Positions 12,701-22,400 of a stretch of 64,000 nucleotides of DNA are shown here, one piece after another. Position 1 is the stretch's first letter. Each line of letters opens with the position of its first letter. The position numbers and the translations under genes were made by a program. Source of the DNA: Antedon mediterranea (lineage: Eukaryota > Animalia > Echinodermata); NCBI RefSeq assembly GCF_964355755.1, contig NC_092670.1:21934795-21998794 (forward strand), read 5' to 3'. The notes beneath the pieces were generated by a model that made no database searches, was not told the DNA's origin, and saw only the letters and a list, made by a program, of their open reading frames with translations.

Positions 12701-15700
12701 AGCACTCTGGCTCAAGAAGTGTCTTGCTTGTCACGTAAAAATATAAACGCCATAGAAATAACAATAACGTAATATAATGTGATAACATGGGTAAAACGTC
12801 GTGAGGTGGTTTCCCAAATGATCGTAAAATCCAAAACGGTACTGGGTATGACCAACTAGCGTTCTTGTCATCAACTAGTCATCCATTCATAGAAGTACTG
12901 ATGTAGTAGCCTACCTGTACGGTGACCATAGAATGTGACCCGAGACATGACTAACTACGACTTTTAGTTGATAGAAGATTGAAAAAATTGTTAAGAAGAG
13001 TTGTACTGTATGTGGATGTATAATGAAATTATGTCAATAATGTTTACACACTAGCCTAGTAGGCATATAAATAGTAATGTTTGTTAATAAAAATAATTTT
13101 GAGTTAATAAGAATAAGATATAAGAAAAACAAAGAGAATTTGGAGCGGCTATTCCTGAATATACAATACTAAGTATGGTAGTTTTAAATTATAAATTTTA
13201 GGCGATCTTGTCAAAGGTCAAGCGCCTATAGCCTGCCACGTTTCGATATTCAATATTGAACTTGACCTGACGTTACAACACCAAGAGGATGTAAAATACA
13301 AATGCAACAAATATATATAAATGTTTTATAAAAAGGGTAAAAAAACAGGCAAGTAGTAAAATATCATAAAATGGAAAGGAAACAAACATTTGGCATAAAA
13401 ATTGGGTAAAATTATGGTCATCTGACAAAGTTTACAGTAGGAGGCTACATATGTTTTAAATCTATGGGCAACGCCTAATCAGGGACACCCCTATTTTGGA
13501 GAAATGTTCATGTGAAACAAATGATGAGAAAAATAAGGAGTCCCAGAGATATCTCCTTAATAGGGATTCTACTGTAGTATGATAATACAAACAAACTGTG
13601 TACATGCAATTAAATCTGTTTTACATAAACATATTATACACATGTTATTTTCACTTAGTTTTGTTATTTATTCAAAGTATAAAGTACTTTGCCTACTTTT
13701 GAGATTATAAAAATTAATAAAATATGATCTTCAAAATCAATCTAGTAGTACATAAATTACACTCTCTTAAATATTACACTGATTTTTTTTATACCATTTA
13801 TTTCAACCTAGTTGGTTTTATTATCTAATAAACTGAAGATAAATATTTATGAAGTTTATTTGCGTTCAATTTTCTATTAAAAAAGGAGACTAACAAAGAA
13901 ATCGAATATTCCGATTGTACAATTAAATGTACAATGTTTGAAAAAAGTACAGAAACGAAAGTGGGATATGGTTGTGATGAGATGGTTTATTGGGTGAATT
14001 TCCATTTTTTCTTCTTTTTTTTTTGAAAACATCAAAACTACATTGCAAACAACAACAAATATTTTTTAATTGAAACAAACTCACTGGTGATAAATTATAT
14101 AAATAAAATAAACGAAAAATTATATTTAAATAAAACCGTACCTGGAATAGATACAGGCTCTCTGCTAAACTCTTGGTTAGGAAGACGTCAACCTGCAAAA
14201 TAAATTTTAAAATTTGATGAGAATTACATCTTCTACTTTCTCTCCTCAAGATGAATGTTTATGCAAAGAAATATTATGAAAAAAATCCTGGGCTTTAACC
14301 TTCCAGTTACCAAGCAAGCGTGTCAACAACCAAGCCAAAGTGCCATTACCAACAATATTTTTACTCGGGGTACCCGAGTCTAGTACTTACTCATTTTCTC
14401 CTTCTCTTCCTCCATCTGGACACTATTGAGTAAAAAGTGCGATTTTTAAAGTACTACTCCTCCCTTATTCGTTATAGTATTGAGCTGGGATTTGGCATGA
14501 ACATACTACAGGGACATGTCCTCAAAGCTATAGAGCCGGATTTTTAATTTTTTGTTAATTAATTTGTTTAATTAAGAAGCCACAATGTGTGACAAACACC
14601 ACAGCGTTATGTAGTTATATGGTTATATGCGGATTCTTGGCGTAGTGGTTATCACGTTTGCTTAACACGCAGAAGGTACCTGGTTCGAGCCCGGACGAAA
14701 CCTTTTTTTTTTTAATTTATGGTGAAAAGTACTGTATACGCAATATGATAATTATACAGAGTATATCTTATTTTTATTATTTTTTAAAATACTTATTTTG
14801 TGTAATCGGTAATTATCACTTTTACACATGTTTATTTTGCTTCGTGCTTATTACCATTTATTTGTAATTTAAATGGATTAAAAAACTTTCTGTAACCCAC
14901 ATTTTTAATGTAAGAGGTTTCGTAGTGTAGCGGTTGTCAAGTCTGCTTAACACGCAGAAGGTCCCGGTTCGAGCCCTGGCGAAACCTATTTTCTTTACTT
15001 TCTAACTGTATACGTCTGTATACAGCTTCTTTCGCTGTACCCCGAGTATTGCACATTCGTGCTTGTTATAATCAGTAAAAACAGTCATGTTTACCACCAC
15101 AACTAATTGTTATATAGTTCTGACACAGGTGAATTGTTCTGTAGCTTGGTAGATAATGCACTTGCTTTTAATACCACAGGTACTTGGTTCAAGCCCTGAT
15201 TAATACTAGGATTTTTTTCATGCCAATAAAATGTGATTATACTGTACTATTCACTATCACTATAATATCTCTATGATTACTGTAAAGGCAACCAAGTCTC
15301 CATCTCATTTAGATTCATGTTATAATTATAATGTACTCTCTATACTGTTAATCAGTATTTCTAGTGAAATAAATGAGTATTTTTTTTCCAGAAAATAATC
15401 AGTGTTATATTAACCTATATTCACTTCTGTTCTTTTTATCTCATAAACCATAAATAAGCAGACATTCAACTTTTAACTAAACTATAGTTTACCTTTGACC
15501 TCGTACACTGCAAAGAATCTTAGAATTTAACAGGACAGTATTATAAAATTAATATTTATATTCTAAGAATATTAATATACATATGATAAAACTAACCAGA
15601 GTAATTAAATTTTAATATACCATAAAAAATACGATCTATTAATAATGATGGTGTGTTCTGCTTTCATGTTTTCTCTTTTGTTATTTTTTTTTTGGATTAA

Positions 15701-16430
15701 CAAAATCAATTTAAAAAGCTACAGTACTATGCTTATCCTAGTACTAGAAATTAAATATCAGTAAAAACGTTTTAAAGATCACATTTTCAATTCATATACT
15801 GTACTGTTACCACTTGGTCCTAGCTCTTTGCATTAATTAGCAAACAGCTTGTATTTGATGCGATAATCATCTTTTAATTTAGTAGATAGTACATAAAATA
15901 GAATGTGTTGAAAAAACTATTAGCATAAGAAGGCCCTAATGAATGAGGCTCTAATTTAGCCTATTCTAGGCCTAGCCTATACTACTACATACAGTTCAAC
16001 AAAATAATTTTTTGCATATCAATTTTATTATTATCATATATTATTATGAGCACCATATTTTCTTTTAATTTCTGGATTTATACACATATTTCATCGTTTT
16101 AGTTGATAAATTACAGTTTTCTGTTCAAAATATAGATCTATATTTTCTCTAGGCCCATTAAAAAAACTAGGGCAATACACCGGTAGAAAATTACAGGGAC
16201 ACGACCGCATGCGTTCATCAACGAACTCATTATAAAGTCGATTCACATGGGCCTAGCACAAAAGACGTTTTAAATGCACAAAGGTGAATAAAATAACGGG
16301 ATGCTGCAATTCAAAATAGATGAAATATTAAGTACACATATACTAGCAAAAATATATATATATAAAAAGCATAGAAGTGGGTAGCGTGGTAATTGTGTAC
16401 CTCTTCGACAACGGGATCGTCTTCGTCCAT
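3740..16430 (-). CDS. POLR3E: DNA-directed RNA polymerase III subunit RPC5 (SIN), multi-exon, 3' end outside window. Coding exons: 16401-16430, 14142-14192, 11931-12005, 10731-10846, 10277-10365, 9677-9784, 8828-8994, 8416-8498, 5890-6008, 5520-5640, 5301-5382, 3740-3799
   Basis: The spliced translation MDEDDPVVEE|VDVFLTKSLAESLYLFQ|YPVRPASM...RIKPKQQK|IEMELALD...SKGEQIARNVDG...GELHLTPLHGIVQLRPSFKYLDKAD...LVQGCWVVKSEVLYPKD...LCRGRDYM|LWRFTQ is collinear with human RPC5 (EDDPVVQEIDVYLAKSLAEKLYLFQYPVRPASM...GELHLTPLHGILQLRPSF...LVQGNWVVKSDILYPKD). All introns are GT-AG and phases are consistent. Confidence 0.96.
4175..4326. mobile_element. hAT-like MITE remnant
   Basis: Imperfect termini CAGTGGCGGATCTAG ... 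TTGAATCTGCCCCTG; no clear 8-bp TSD. Confidence 0.5.
4718..4838 (-). mobile_element. MITE family A copy, inverted and partial
   Basis: CCAAATATGGTAGTGATATGACATCATC...TTTGTCACATAAAGTTTGATAGCGTAGAC is the reverse complement of the family core. Confidence 0.75.
5301..5382 (-). CDS. POLR3E: POLR3E coding exon 11 (SEVLYPKDTTSPLTGIAADILCRGRDYM)
   Basis: Acceptor ttccatag, donor gtatgt. Confidence 0.95.
5520..5640 (-). CDS. POLR3E: POLR3E coding exon 10 (AKLLRFSDL...VAVLVQGCWVVK)
   Basis: Acceptor ttgccag, donor gtatgt. Confidence 0.95.
5890..6008 (-). CDS. POLR3E: POLR3E coding exon 9 (DYLSTLL...LSLVQLQELGLADQVRLLLVN)
   Basis: Acceptor tttccag, donor gttagt; matches human LSMAQLRTLPLADQIKILMKN. 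Confidence 0.93.
8015..8152. mobile_element. MITE family A copy
   Basis: GTCTACACTATCAAACT...AGTTTGATAGTATAGAC inverted termini and the shared core. Confidence 0.8.
8416..8498 (-). CDS. POLR3E: POLR3E coding exon 8 (SKESATDRNELLCQTEGQEVSQLYLSH)
   Basis: Acceptor gcatag, donor gtaagg; phases fit. Confidence 0.88.
8828..8994 (-). CDS. POLR3E: POLR3E coding exon 7 (GESSQEEEESKPKAVTVRYIRAETEESKARREASYQY...)
   Basis: Acceptor taacag, donor gtgagt; matches human GDSSQDE...ITVRFSRPESEQARQRRVQSY. Confidence 0.94.
9385..9670. repeat. Degenerate ~31-bp tandem array
   Basis: About 9 recurrences of TTGTAAATAAAACATCTGATTGGTCAACC-like units. Confidence 0.65.
9677..9784 (-). CDS. POLR3E: POLR3E coding exon 6 (GELHLTPLHGIVQLRPSFKYLDKADNRLKQEKLDME)
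   Basis: Signature RPC5 motif; acceptor ccctag, donor gtgaat. Confidence 0.95.
10277..10365 (-). CDS. POLR3E: POLR3E coding exon 5 (GVMNRHFLTSSQAVMSSEIHRYAVGIIQE)
   Basis: Acceptor gtttcag, donor gtacaa; phases 2 and 1 fit the neighbouring exons. Confidence 0.92.
10477..10597. mobile_element. MITE family A copy, degenerate right end
   Basis: CTCTGCCTACACTATCAAACTTTATGTGACAAAA...CATATCACTACCATATTTGGGCACATCAC. Confidence 0.75.
10731..10846 (-). CDS. POLR3E: POLR3E coding exon 4 (IEMELALD...SKGEQIARNVDGAFPGETSVFK)
   Basis: Acceptor ccaatag, donor gtatga; conserved SKGEQIAxNVDG. Confidence 0.94.
11931..12005 (-). CDS. POLR3E: POLR3E coding exon 3 (YPVRPASMPDDLEHELVRIKPKQQK)
   Basis: Acceptor ttttcag, donor gtaaaa, 75 nt. 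Confidence 0.95.
13433..13576. mobile_element. Tc1/mariner (pogo/Tigger-like) MITE remnant
   Basis: TA-CAGTAG...CTACTG-TA ends and an internal GGGACACCCCT motif. Related fragments lie near 33590, 38505-38640 and 44350-44500. Confidence 0.55.
14142..14192 (-). CDS. POLR3E: POLR3E coding exon 2 (VDVFLTKSLAESLYLFQ)
   Basis: Acceptor ttttgcag, donor gtacgg, 51 nt. Confidence 0.95.
14631..14702 (+). tRNA. tRNA-Val(AAC)-like gene, structurally degenerate (probable pseudo-tRNA with an intact Pol III promoter)
   Basis: GGATTCTTGGCGTAGTGGTTATCACGTTTGCTTAACACGCAGAAGGTACCTGGTTCGAGCCCGGACGAAACC. Anticodon loop TTAACAC, A box TGGCGTAGTGG, B box GGTTCGAGCCC. Two acceptor-stem mismatches and one T-stem mismatch. 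Followed directly by T11 (14703-14713). Confidence 0.85.
14916..14986 (+). tRNA. tRNA-Val(AAC)-like gene, second copy (near-intact or pseudo)
   Basis: Perfect acceptor stem GGTTTCG/CGAAACC and anticodon stem TCTGC/GCAGA. A box TAGTGTAGCGG, B box GGTTCGAGCCC. Has a D-stem mismatch, a 1-nt loss near the T arm and a T-stem mismatch. T4 at 14989-14992. Confidence 0.85.
15140..15219 (+). mobile_element. tRNA-derived SINE-like unit
   Basis: A-box-like TAGCTTGGTAG, B box GGTTCAAGCCC, then T7. Similar degenerate units occur at ~40-120, ~3430-3490, ~7000-7082, ~10030-10082 (+), and ~14281-14345, ~21095-21158 (-). Confidence 0.55.
16401..16430 (-). CDS. POLR3E: POLR3E coding exon 1 (MDEDDPVVEE)
   Basis: ATGGACGAAGACGATCCCGTTGTCGAAGAG followed by donor gtacac; matches the RPC5 N-terminus EDDPVVQE; phase 0. 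Confidence 0.92.
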
Positions 16431-16732
16431 GACTAATTTTGAGGAAAGCCTGTTGTGAAATATTTGTTGTGTGAGGGCACCCTCATGGAATTTCTGTTAA
16501 AAATAAGTCACTGGCGAACTTAGTGTTGTAGGCATGGCTTACAAAAGAAAGTGCAACGCCAAGTACTTCCGGGGGTTAAACAGCATTGTTTACATTACGT
16601 TAAAAAGGCGAGCACGAAGCGATAAATGAGCGCTGAGCGACCAAAATCAACATTTTAGCTGGGCGTTTTGAAACACTTGGTTGTTTTCCAGCAGACTTTT
16701 AAATGCCGAGTGCAGTATAGGACTTTGTAATC
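16431..16732. promoter_or_regulatory. Bidirectional promoter / 5' UTR region shared by POLR3E and the 452-aa gene
   Basis: The two ATGs diverge about 300 bp apart. The region is locally CpG-rich and has an ETS/GABP-type ACTTCCGG at 16565-16572. A possible 93-nt POLR3E 5'-UTR intron lies at 16450-16542 (gtaagc...ttcacaacag). Confidence 0.7.
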
Positions 16733-18091
16733 ATGTTGCTGTCAGTTGAAATAGTTTTTGGAGAACAAAAACTAAGAGAATTCGCACTGCATGAAGCTAA
16801 TCCTGTTTGCACTGTATACGAGCTTTTTAAATCCATTGTCACCGGGCAAAATACGTCGGCTGAAACCTTTGTCTTACCGCCTGAGTTACGGCATTTACCT
16901 GTCGTCGCCGCCGTCGGAAATTCAATGGAAGTTTCCGCTTTTCAGAATCTGCCGTTACATAGTTTAATCGGTGATGTATGTGAATTTGGCAAATATTTTC
17001 GTTTTTCAGTGAAAGCGATTTCCCAGTCGCCGCAACCGTCTACTGTTGACATTTTTGATTGCATAATAAACGACTGTCATAATATGAAAGACGTCCGACG
17101 GGCGGCGGAAAGGAGTCCAGCATTCCGGGAAGCGATCCAACATGTTTTGAACGATGCAGGTAGGAGGGAAAAAAGACATGAAAGAGAACATCCATCAGTT
17201 CGACTACTATCAAGTGCTTGCAGTACACCGAGACTGCAGTACGAAGTTGTCGAACCGACAATGCCGTGTCCTATTCCAATGCAGCAAGAAGATCCGAAAA
17301 CGCCGCCAACTGCACCTCAATCTACCGGTACAACCGATATTGAAATTGAAAAATTTGAACGAGATAGAGAGCGGGACCGAGATGTACCGGTGGTGACAAC
17401 CGGTAACGGTTCTGAGGACAGTGTACAGAGTACCAATGGTGCAATAAATTTGGTGACCATGAACCATTATATCGAAGCATACCACAATGCCAATTCACCC
17501 CCAAATATGCCAAAGATCGCTGTGCACGGGATGCCATTTAACCCATCCGCACAAACCTGTAAAACTGTACAACGTGTTATAAAATGCGTCGAATGTGGTA
17601 AACCTCGCTGTCTTTATGCGCAAAAAAAAGTAACAGATGAGCAAAAAGTTCAATTGGAAGAAGCATTGGATGGATTGCAATACACATGCGGGTCGAGCCT
17701 CCAGGACTTTGCCGATGTCGATGACGAAAACCACATCTTTAGTCGCGTGTATGTGCGGAAAAACTTAATGTGCGAGGATCCCGTTGAGGTCCCGTACTAC
17801 GTTAGTGGACTTTTCCCAGAAGTTTGCCTTCATTGCGTTGCTACGGAAGATCTCGTTCACGACGAAGGTGAGACAGAACTACATCCTGTTTGCAGGAAGT
17901 GCTACACAGATCCAAACAAAAAAAAAGTTCCTGTTATGCGGTGGAAGCGTCGCCGATCCGGCCATGAAGAACCATATTTTTCCATGATGATGCCCGGACT
18001 AAACCCTGGTTTGGCACTCGGATTTCGACCACCTCAAGAATTTTTGACAGAGTTCAAGCAGATTCCGATTGCAATTTCACAGATGCACTAA
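16733..18091 (+). CDS. Intronless 452-aa protein with a C-terminal Cys-rich, probably zinc-binding domain and a basic NLS-like motif; probably transposase-derived
   Basis: Only long ORF in the window, and GC/CpG-richer than its flanks. C-terminus reads CVECGKPRCLY...YTCG...VRKNLMCEDPVEVPYY...CLHC...PVCRKC, then RWKRRRS. A low-complexity P/T/S and RD-rich linker sits in the middle. Confidence 0.85.
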   Translation: MLLSVEIVFGEQKLREFALHEANPVCTVYELFKSIVTGQNTSAETFVLPPELRHLPVVAAVGNSMEVSAFQNLPLHSLIGDVCEFGKYFRFSVKAISQSPQPSTVDIFDCIINDCHNMKDVRRAAERSPAFREAIQHVLNDAGRREKRHEREHPSVRLLSSACSTPRLQYEVVEPTMPCPIPMQQEDPKTPPTAPQSTGTTDIEIEKFERDRERDRDVPVVTTGNGSEDSVQSTNGAINLVTMNHYIEAYHNANSPPNMPKIAVHGMPFNPSAQTCKTVQRVIKCVECGKPRCLYAQKKVTDEQKVQLEEALDGLQYTCGSSLQDFADVDDENHIFSRVYVRKNLMCEDPVEVPYYVSGLFPEVCLHCVATEDLVHDEGETELHPVCRKCYTDPNKKKVPVMRWKRRRSGHEEPYFSMMMPGLNPGLALGFRPPQEFLTEFKQIPIAISQMH

Positions 18092-21000
18092 TTCATAGGT
18101 GGGTGTGTCTATATGGTATCAAACATTAGTTTCACACTTTTTTTTATATTTCTCCATTAATGAAACTTTTTATAAACCATACTGATTTAGGATTTGATTT
18201 GACTCTTGCCCAGCATGCAGTGGCTAGTAAACTCTGCTCCAGGTTAGCTGATTAATATTACTTTGTACCAAATGGGCTAGTGAAATTCAGCCATGGCAAC
18301 TTCCACCAAAACTATTTAATGAGTTTACATTAAATATGGCATGTGGGCTAGTAAAATCTACCACTAGCCCAGGGCCAAGTGAGAAAAATCAAAAGCCCTG
18401 GTACTTTAAAGTTAATGGAGAAATAATGAATTGTGGTGTTTGTTTGCAGTTGAATCAAAATGTACTTTTAACTCTGAACTGTTAAAAACTAATTAACATT
18501 GTTTTATCGTGAATTACTAACAATTATACGATAATTGAATAATGATAATTGTTGTTACCTTACATAACTTAGCATTATAATTGATGTATTAGTCAATTGT
18601 GCCCCAAAATGAAGGTACCCTTATAATTTAAGATATATCGCATAACAATCTATAGTATTTAAATCTACGCAACTCATAATCAGTATTTTTGATTCAGCTG
18701 TTTTTTTGTTTTTTTTTATATTTTACTTTTAGTATATTAGAAATAGTTTATATACATACACCATAGAACAAAGAGCATAAACTAGTATGTCCCCTTAAAA
18801 GTGTGAAACTACACAGTGTGCTAAATTTATAGTATGGATACTTGACTAGTTTTTCATACACTAATTCTCTACCCTCTACTCTACTTCATTTTCACCACAT
18901 TTTTTTTGTATTTAAAAAAAATTTAAAATTCTTTCAATTTAAATAAACAGTAAAATACAATCATTACTGTATCTACACACTAATATCATCTTCTTCAGTA
19001 TACAGATTTTTTCATATAAACCCCAAAAAAAATGTATTTTCAACACAATTGGGTGTTTTGTTCCACAATAATTATCAGTTTTCCACACACTTTCTATACA
19101 CTAATTTGTCTTTAATATATGACAATATTATATTTCTTTACATTTTATTTTAAATAATTGAAAGTTAAAGTTTTGATTGCGTGTTAGACATTGAACCCAA
19201 AGATAAAAGACATATCTGTTAAAAAGATAATAATATAAATAGGCCAAGGGAAGATGACAAACTACAGGTGTGCTATTTAAAATTGATAATTATAATAAAA
19301 AATACATTATAATTATTATTTTATAGATTTTAAAAAAATACAATATACAGGATTATGAATGTGTTTTATATACAGTAGTTTAAAAAATAAAAAATATGTT
19401 TTAAAAAAAGGGTTTAATACATGATTTTTTTAAATAACAATATTGTAATTGTTCTACTTGATTACAATATGTTTAGATAGATGAGTGCAATAGATAAAAA
19501 CTAAGGGTCAATTTTGTTTATTTTAAGTCATTGTATTATCTTATTTTTCCTTACTAGTTATTGCTTTATAATATTGCTTTTAATCAAACAATGTGAAAAA
19601 CAGAAATTCAATGCCTCTTTGAAATGTTATTATCATTTCTTTCGGTAAATCTGTACTGTGTATATAAAATTTCACTTGAAAGCAATCATTTTTCTTGACC
19701 TATCAAATTTAATGAATTGCTTGTATTTTATAAATTCGTTTCTCAATCAGAATGTGGAACAATTTGGCTATTCACTAAAAATATTACCATTGATTGGCGA
19801 GTATGTTTCTAGGTTATTAGATTAAACCAAGTAATTGGATCCCATACATTAGATTAATATCCAAAAAATTACTGCTTTTACTAACATTTATTTGTCTGGC
19901 TGGTACAGTTAATGCTCAACATTTTATTTTTAGCAGGGTATATTTAAAATGTTATTCGCTTAGCAGTTTTATCTGGTAATATTCCTTCATAATTTAATAG
20001 CGTAGACGGTGGAATACACAATGTCTTCAGAAACCTGATAACCACACAAAATTCCAATTACTCCCGTCTCTATAGGCAAATGTGAAAAAATCAATTATAT
20101 GTACATTAGTCTATTTGAAAGCATAGTTAATTCTATACCTAGTGTTTCCAATATTACATCATACATTTGTAATGATTTTTTAGATTTTTTTTTTTGTTGC
20201 CACTAATTAACAGATAAGTGTATTTGACATAGACAGGTTTGTCTCTGGTCCTTCATCCAATTATTGACTACCATCCCATAATAATGTGGACTTCTTTTAG
20301 CTTCATTAATTATTGATTACAGAGATCTAATTTATGCTGTAAGAAGCGAACACTGTGACTTCACCCGTTTTCTAATCCTTTTGTGGAACCGAAAGACGTA
20401 ATTTATTTTAATAATTCCAGATTGTGATTTAATGAAAGTATATCTACGACTGAGATAGTATTAGTTGGTATTTTAGCCACACATTTTTATCTTTGTAAAT
20501 GTTTCTTCCACCAACAAACCAAATTACTATTGTCGAGTGTCATTCGTCTTTTTTTTTACATCATGCTTAGTTTTCCAGCGGGTAGTATTTTAAAGTTGAG
20601 ACAAATTTATTTGATTATTGACAAGAAAAAAAATGAATAACACGGTTGTACTCACAATTATTGAACTATGCTGAAGCCAGCTGCCAAAGTGTTGTTTAAT
20701 AATTTTAGAGTTTCAAGTTGCAAACATTGCTATAATGAAAATATTTTCAGGCAAAAAAAGATTTGATATATTATTGCATACAAACAGTGTAACAAACAAT
20801 ACCTGCAATAAGTGTTCTAATTAAAAACATTTTCAGAAAAGAAATATTATCTATGTACAAACAGGTGAATCATTATGTGTAGCCTAAGTGGAATTAATAT
20901 CTATTTTAAATGTAATATTATTATTACTTTAATTAATTTAGGTATTGGAGACTATCTTCTATTAATAATGTCCTATAACATAGCTTTTTAAAGATTTCTA

Positions 21001-22400
21001 TAGACATGACTACAGCCTAGGAAAAATAAACATTAGCCAGGCTTACAGTAGGTACCAGCACTGGTCATGAAAACAATTCTGAATACAGATTTGATTTGAA
21101 CCAAAGACCTTGGAATTTGTAAGCAAGCTGTTAACCTGTGCCAAGCTATCATGCCACTTTAATATAAACATCCATTAATCACCACAAGTCTTGTTTATTT
21201 ATTATTACTATTATGACTACCACCAATTCCTTCACACTTCTAATTTTTCTTGGCAGATTATTTTCAAATTATTATGAACTTTTTGATTAATTATTAGTAA
21301 GAGTATTTTATTTGGGTGGTCTTCGATTAGTTAGTTCTAATATAGGAATTTCTCATGGGAGACCATCATAATATAGATAACTCTACTCGCTGTATTTCCA
21401 TATTAAGTACGCGCATGAAGAAATTTTATCATTTCGTAGACGGTATTAAGCATGATTTGAAAAAAATGTCAATGTAACACGTTAATCATTTATTATTGCT
21501 TCAATTTACAACATTTTATCCGATGTCAGCGCGGTAAAAGTTTTTTTAAAAAACAGAACATACAACTGCTTCAAATCAAAACTGATGGTTGTATTTGTTA
21601 AAAATTTAAATAAATGACAGTTTGGATATTTTTTTTTGCAACAAAAAACAGTATGTACACAAATTATTTTTAAATAAAATTGTAATTCCTCGATCAAAGA
21701 ATTTCATTTGTAAACTTCCAAAATTTAAAGTAATTTAGATTTTATGTTTAAGTTGGACAATAATAGAATTAATATAAGCTTTAACATTGCTAAGACTCTT
21801 CCAGATATATATACATACTGTGTATATATCTTTTTTCATCTTCCTTCGTTATTCATAATATCGATGTATTCAAAAATAAAAAAAAATTCTAATCTATAGG
21901 TCTTCTATCAATGAGATTTTATGCTTTAATATGATTTAAGTATTAGAAACATTTAATGTTCTTTAGTGCGTACTTTAATCTTAATAAGATTGGCTGTAGA
22001 CTCTATGTAATGACGTTATTAAATTTTCAATATTTTCCACCAGAATTTTACTAAATAAATATTAAATTAAGAAGAATGGATTGAATCATTTAATATTTGC
22101 CGATGATATATTGTGACATTATTATTTAATTTAGCCAATCTTATTTTTATAGAACTTGACAATGACGTACAACTTTTCCAATATAATTCTATATTTAGAA
22201 ATGTAATTTTTAATATAGATTTCTACCAAATCAATATTATTGGAAATTCAGATAATGAATAATTCTGAAATGTTTACCACTTCTTTCTATTCTTAAAATA
22301 CACAGAGATTTTTAATTTGTAATCAACTTTAGTTTCAACTTTTTTCTGCACCATTTACTGCATTGCCGCATATAATCCCACCCTCTATTCTATGTTTTAT

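Larger units (their letters stand above)
14358..15067 (+). mobile_element. Non-autonomous Helentron-associated (HINE/DINE-1-like) element carrying two tRNA-Val copies
   Basis: Starts TTTTT. Perfect 12-bp subterminal inverted repeats TACTCGGGGTAC (14362-14373) / GTACCCCGAGTA (15037-15048). 5' partial IR hairpin ACTCGGG-gta-CCCGAGT, pyrimidine-rich tract, 3' stem-loop GCAC-attc-GTGC, ends CTTGTT. Same layout as the element at 23635-23739. Confidence 0.75.

Noticed and set aside
14391-14415. ATG-initiated MEEEKEKM segment as the true first coding exon of POLR3E
   Set aside because: It ends in phase 1, giving an immediate stop in exon 2. The exon at 16401-16430 matches RPC5 and is in phase.
17006-17987. 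Overlapping alternative-frame and antisense ORFs within the 452-aa gene
   Set aside because: Expected shadows of a GC-richer coding region, with no independent evidence.
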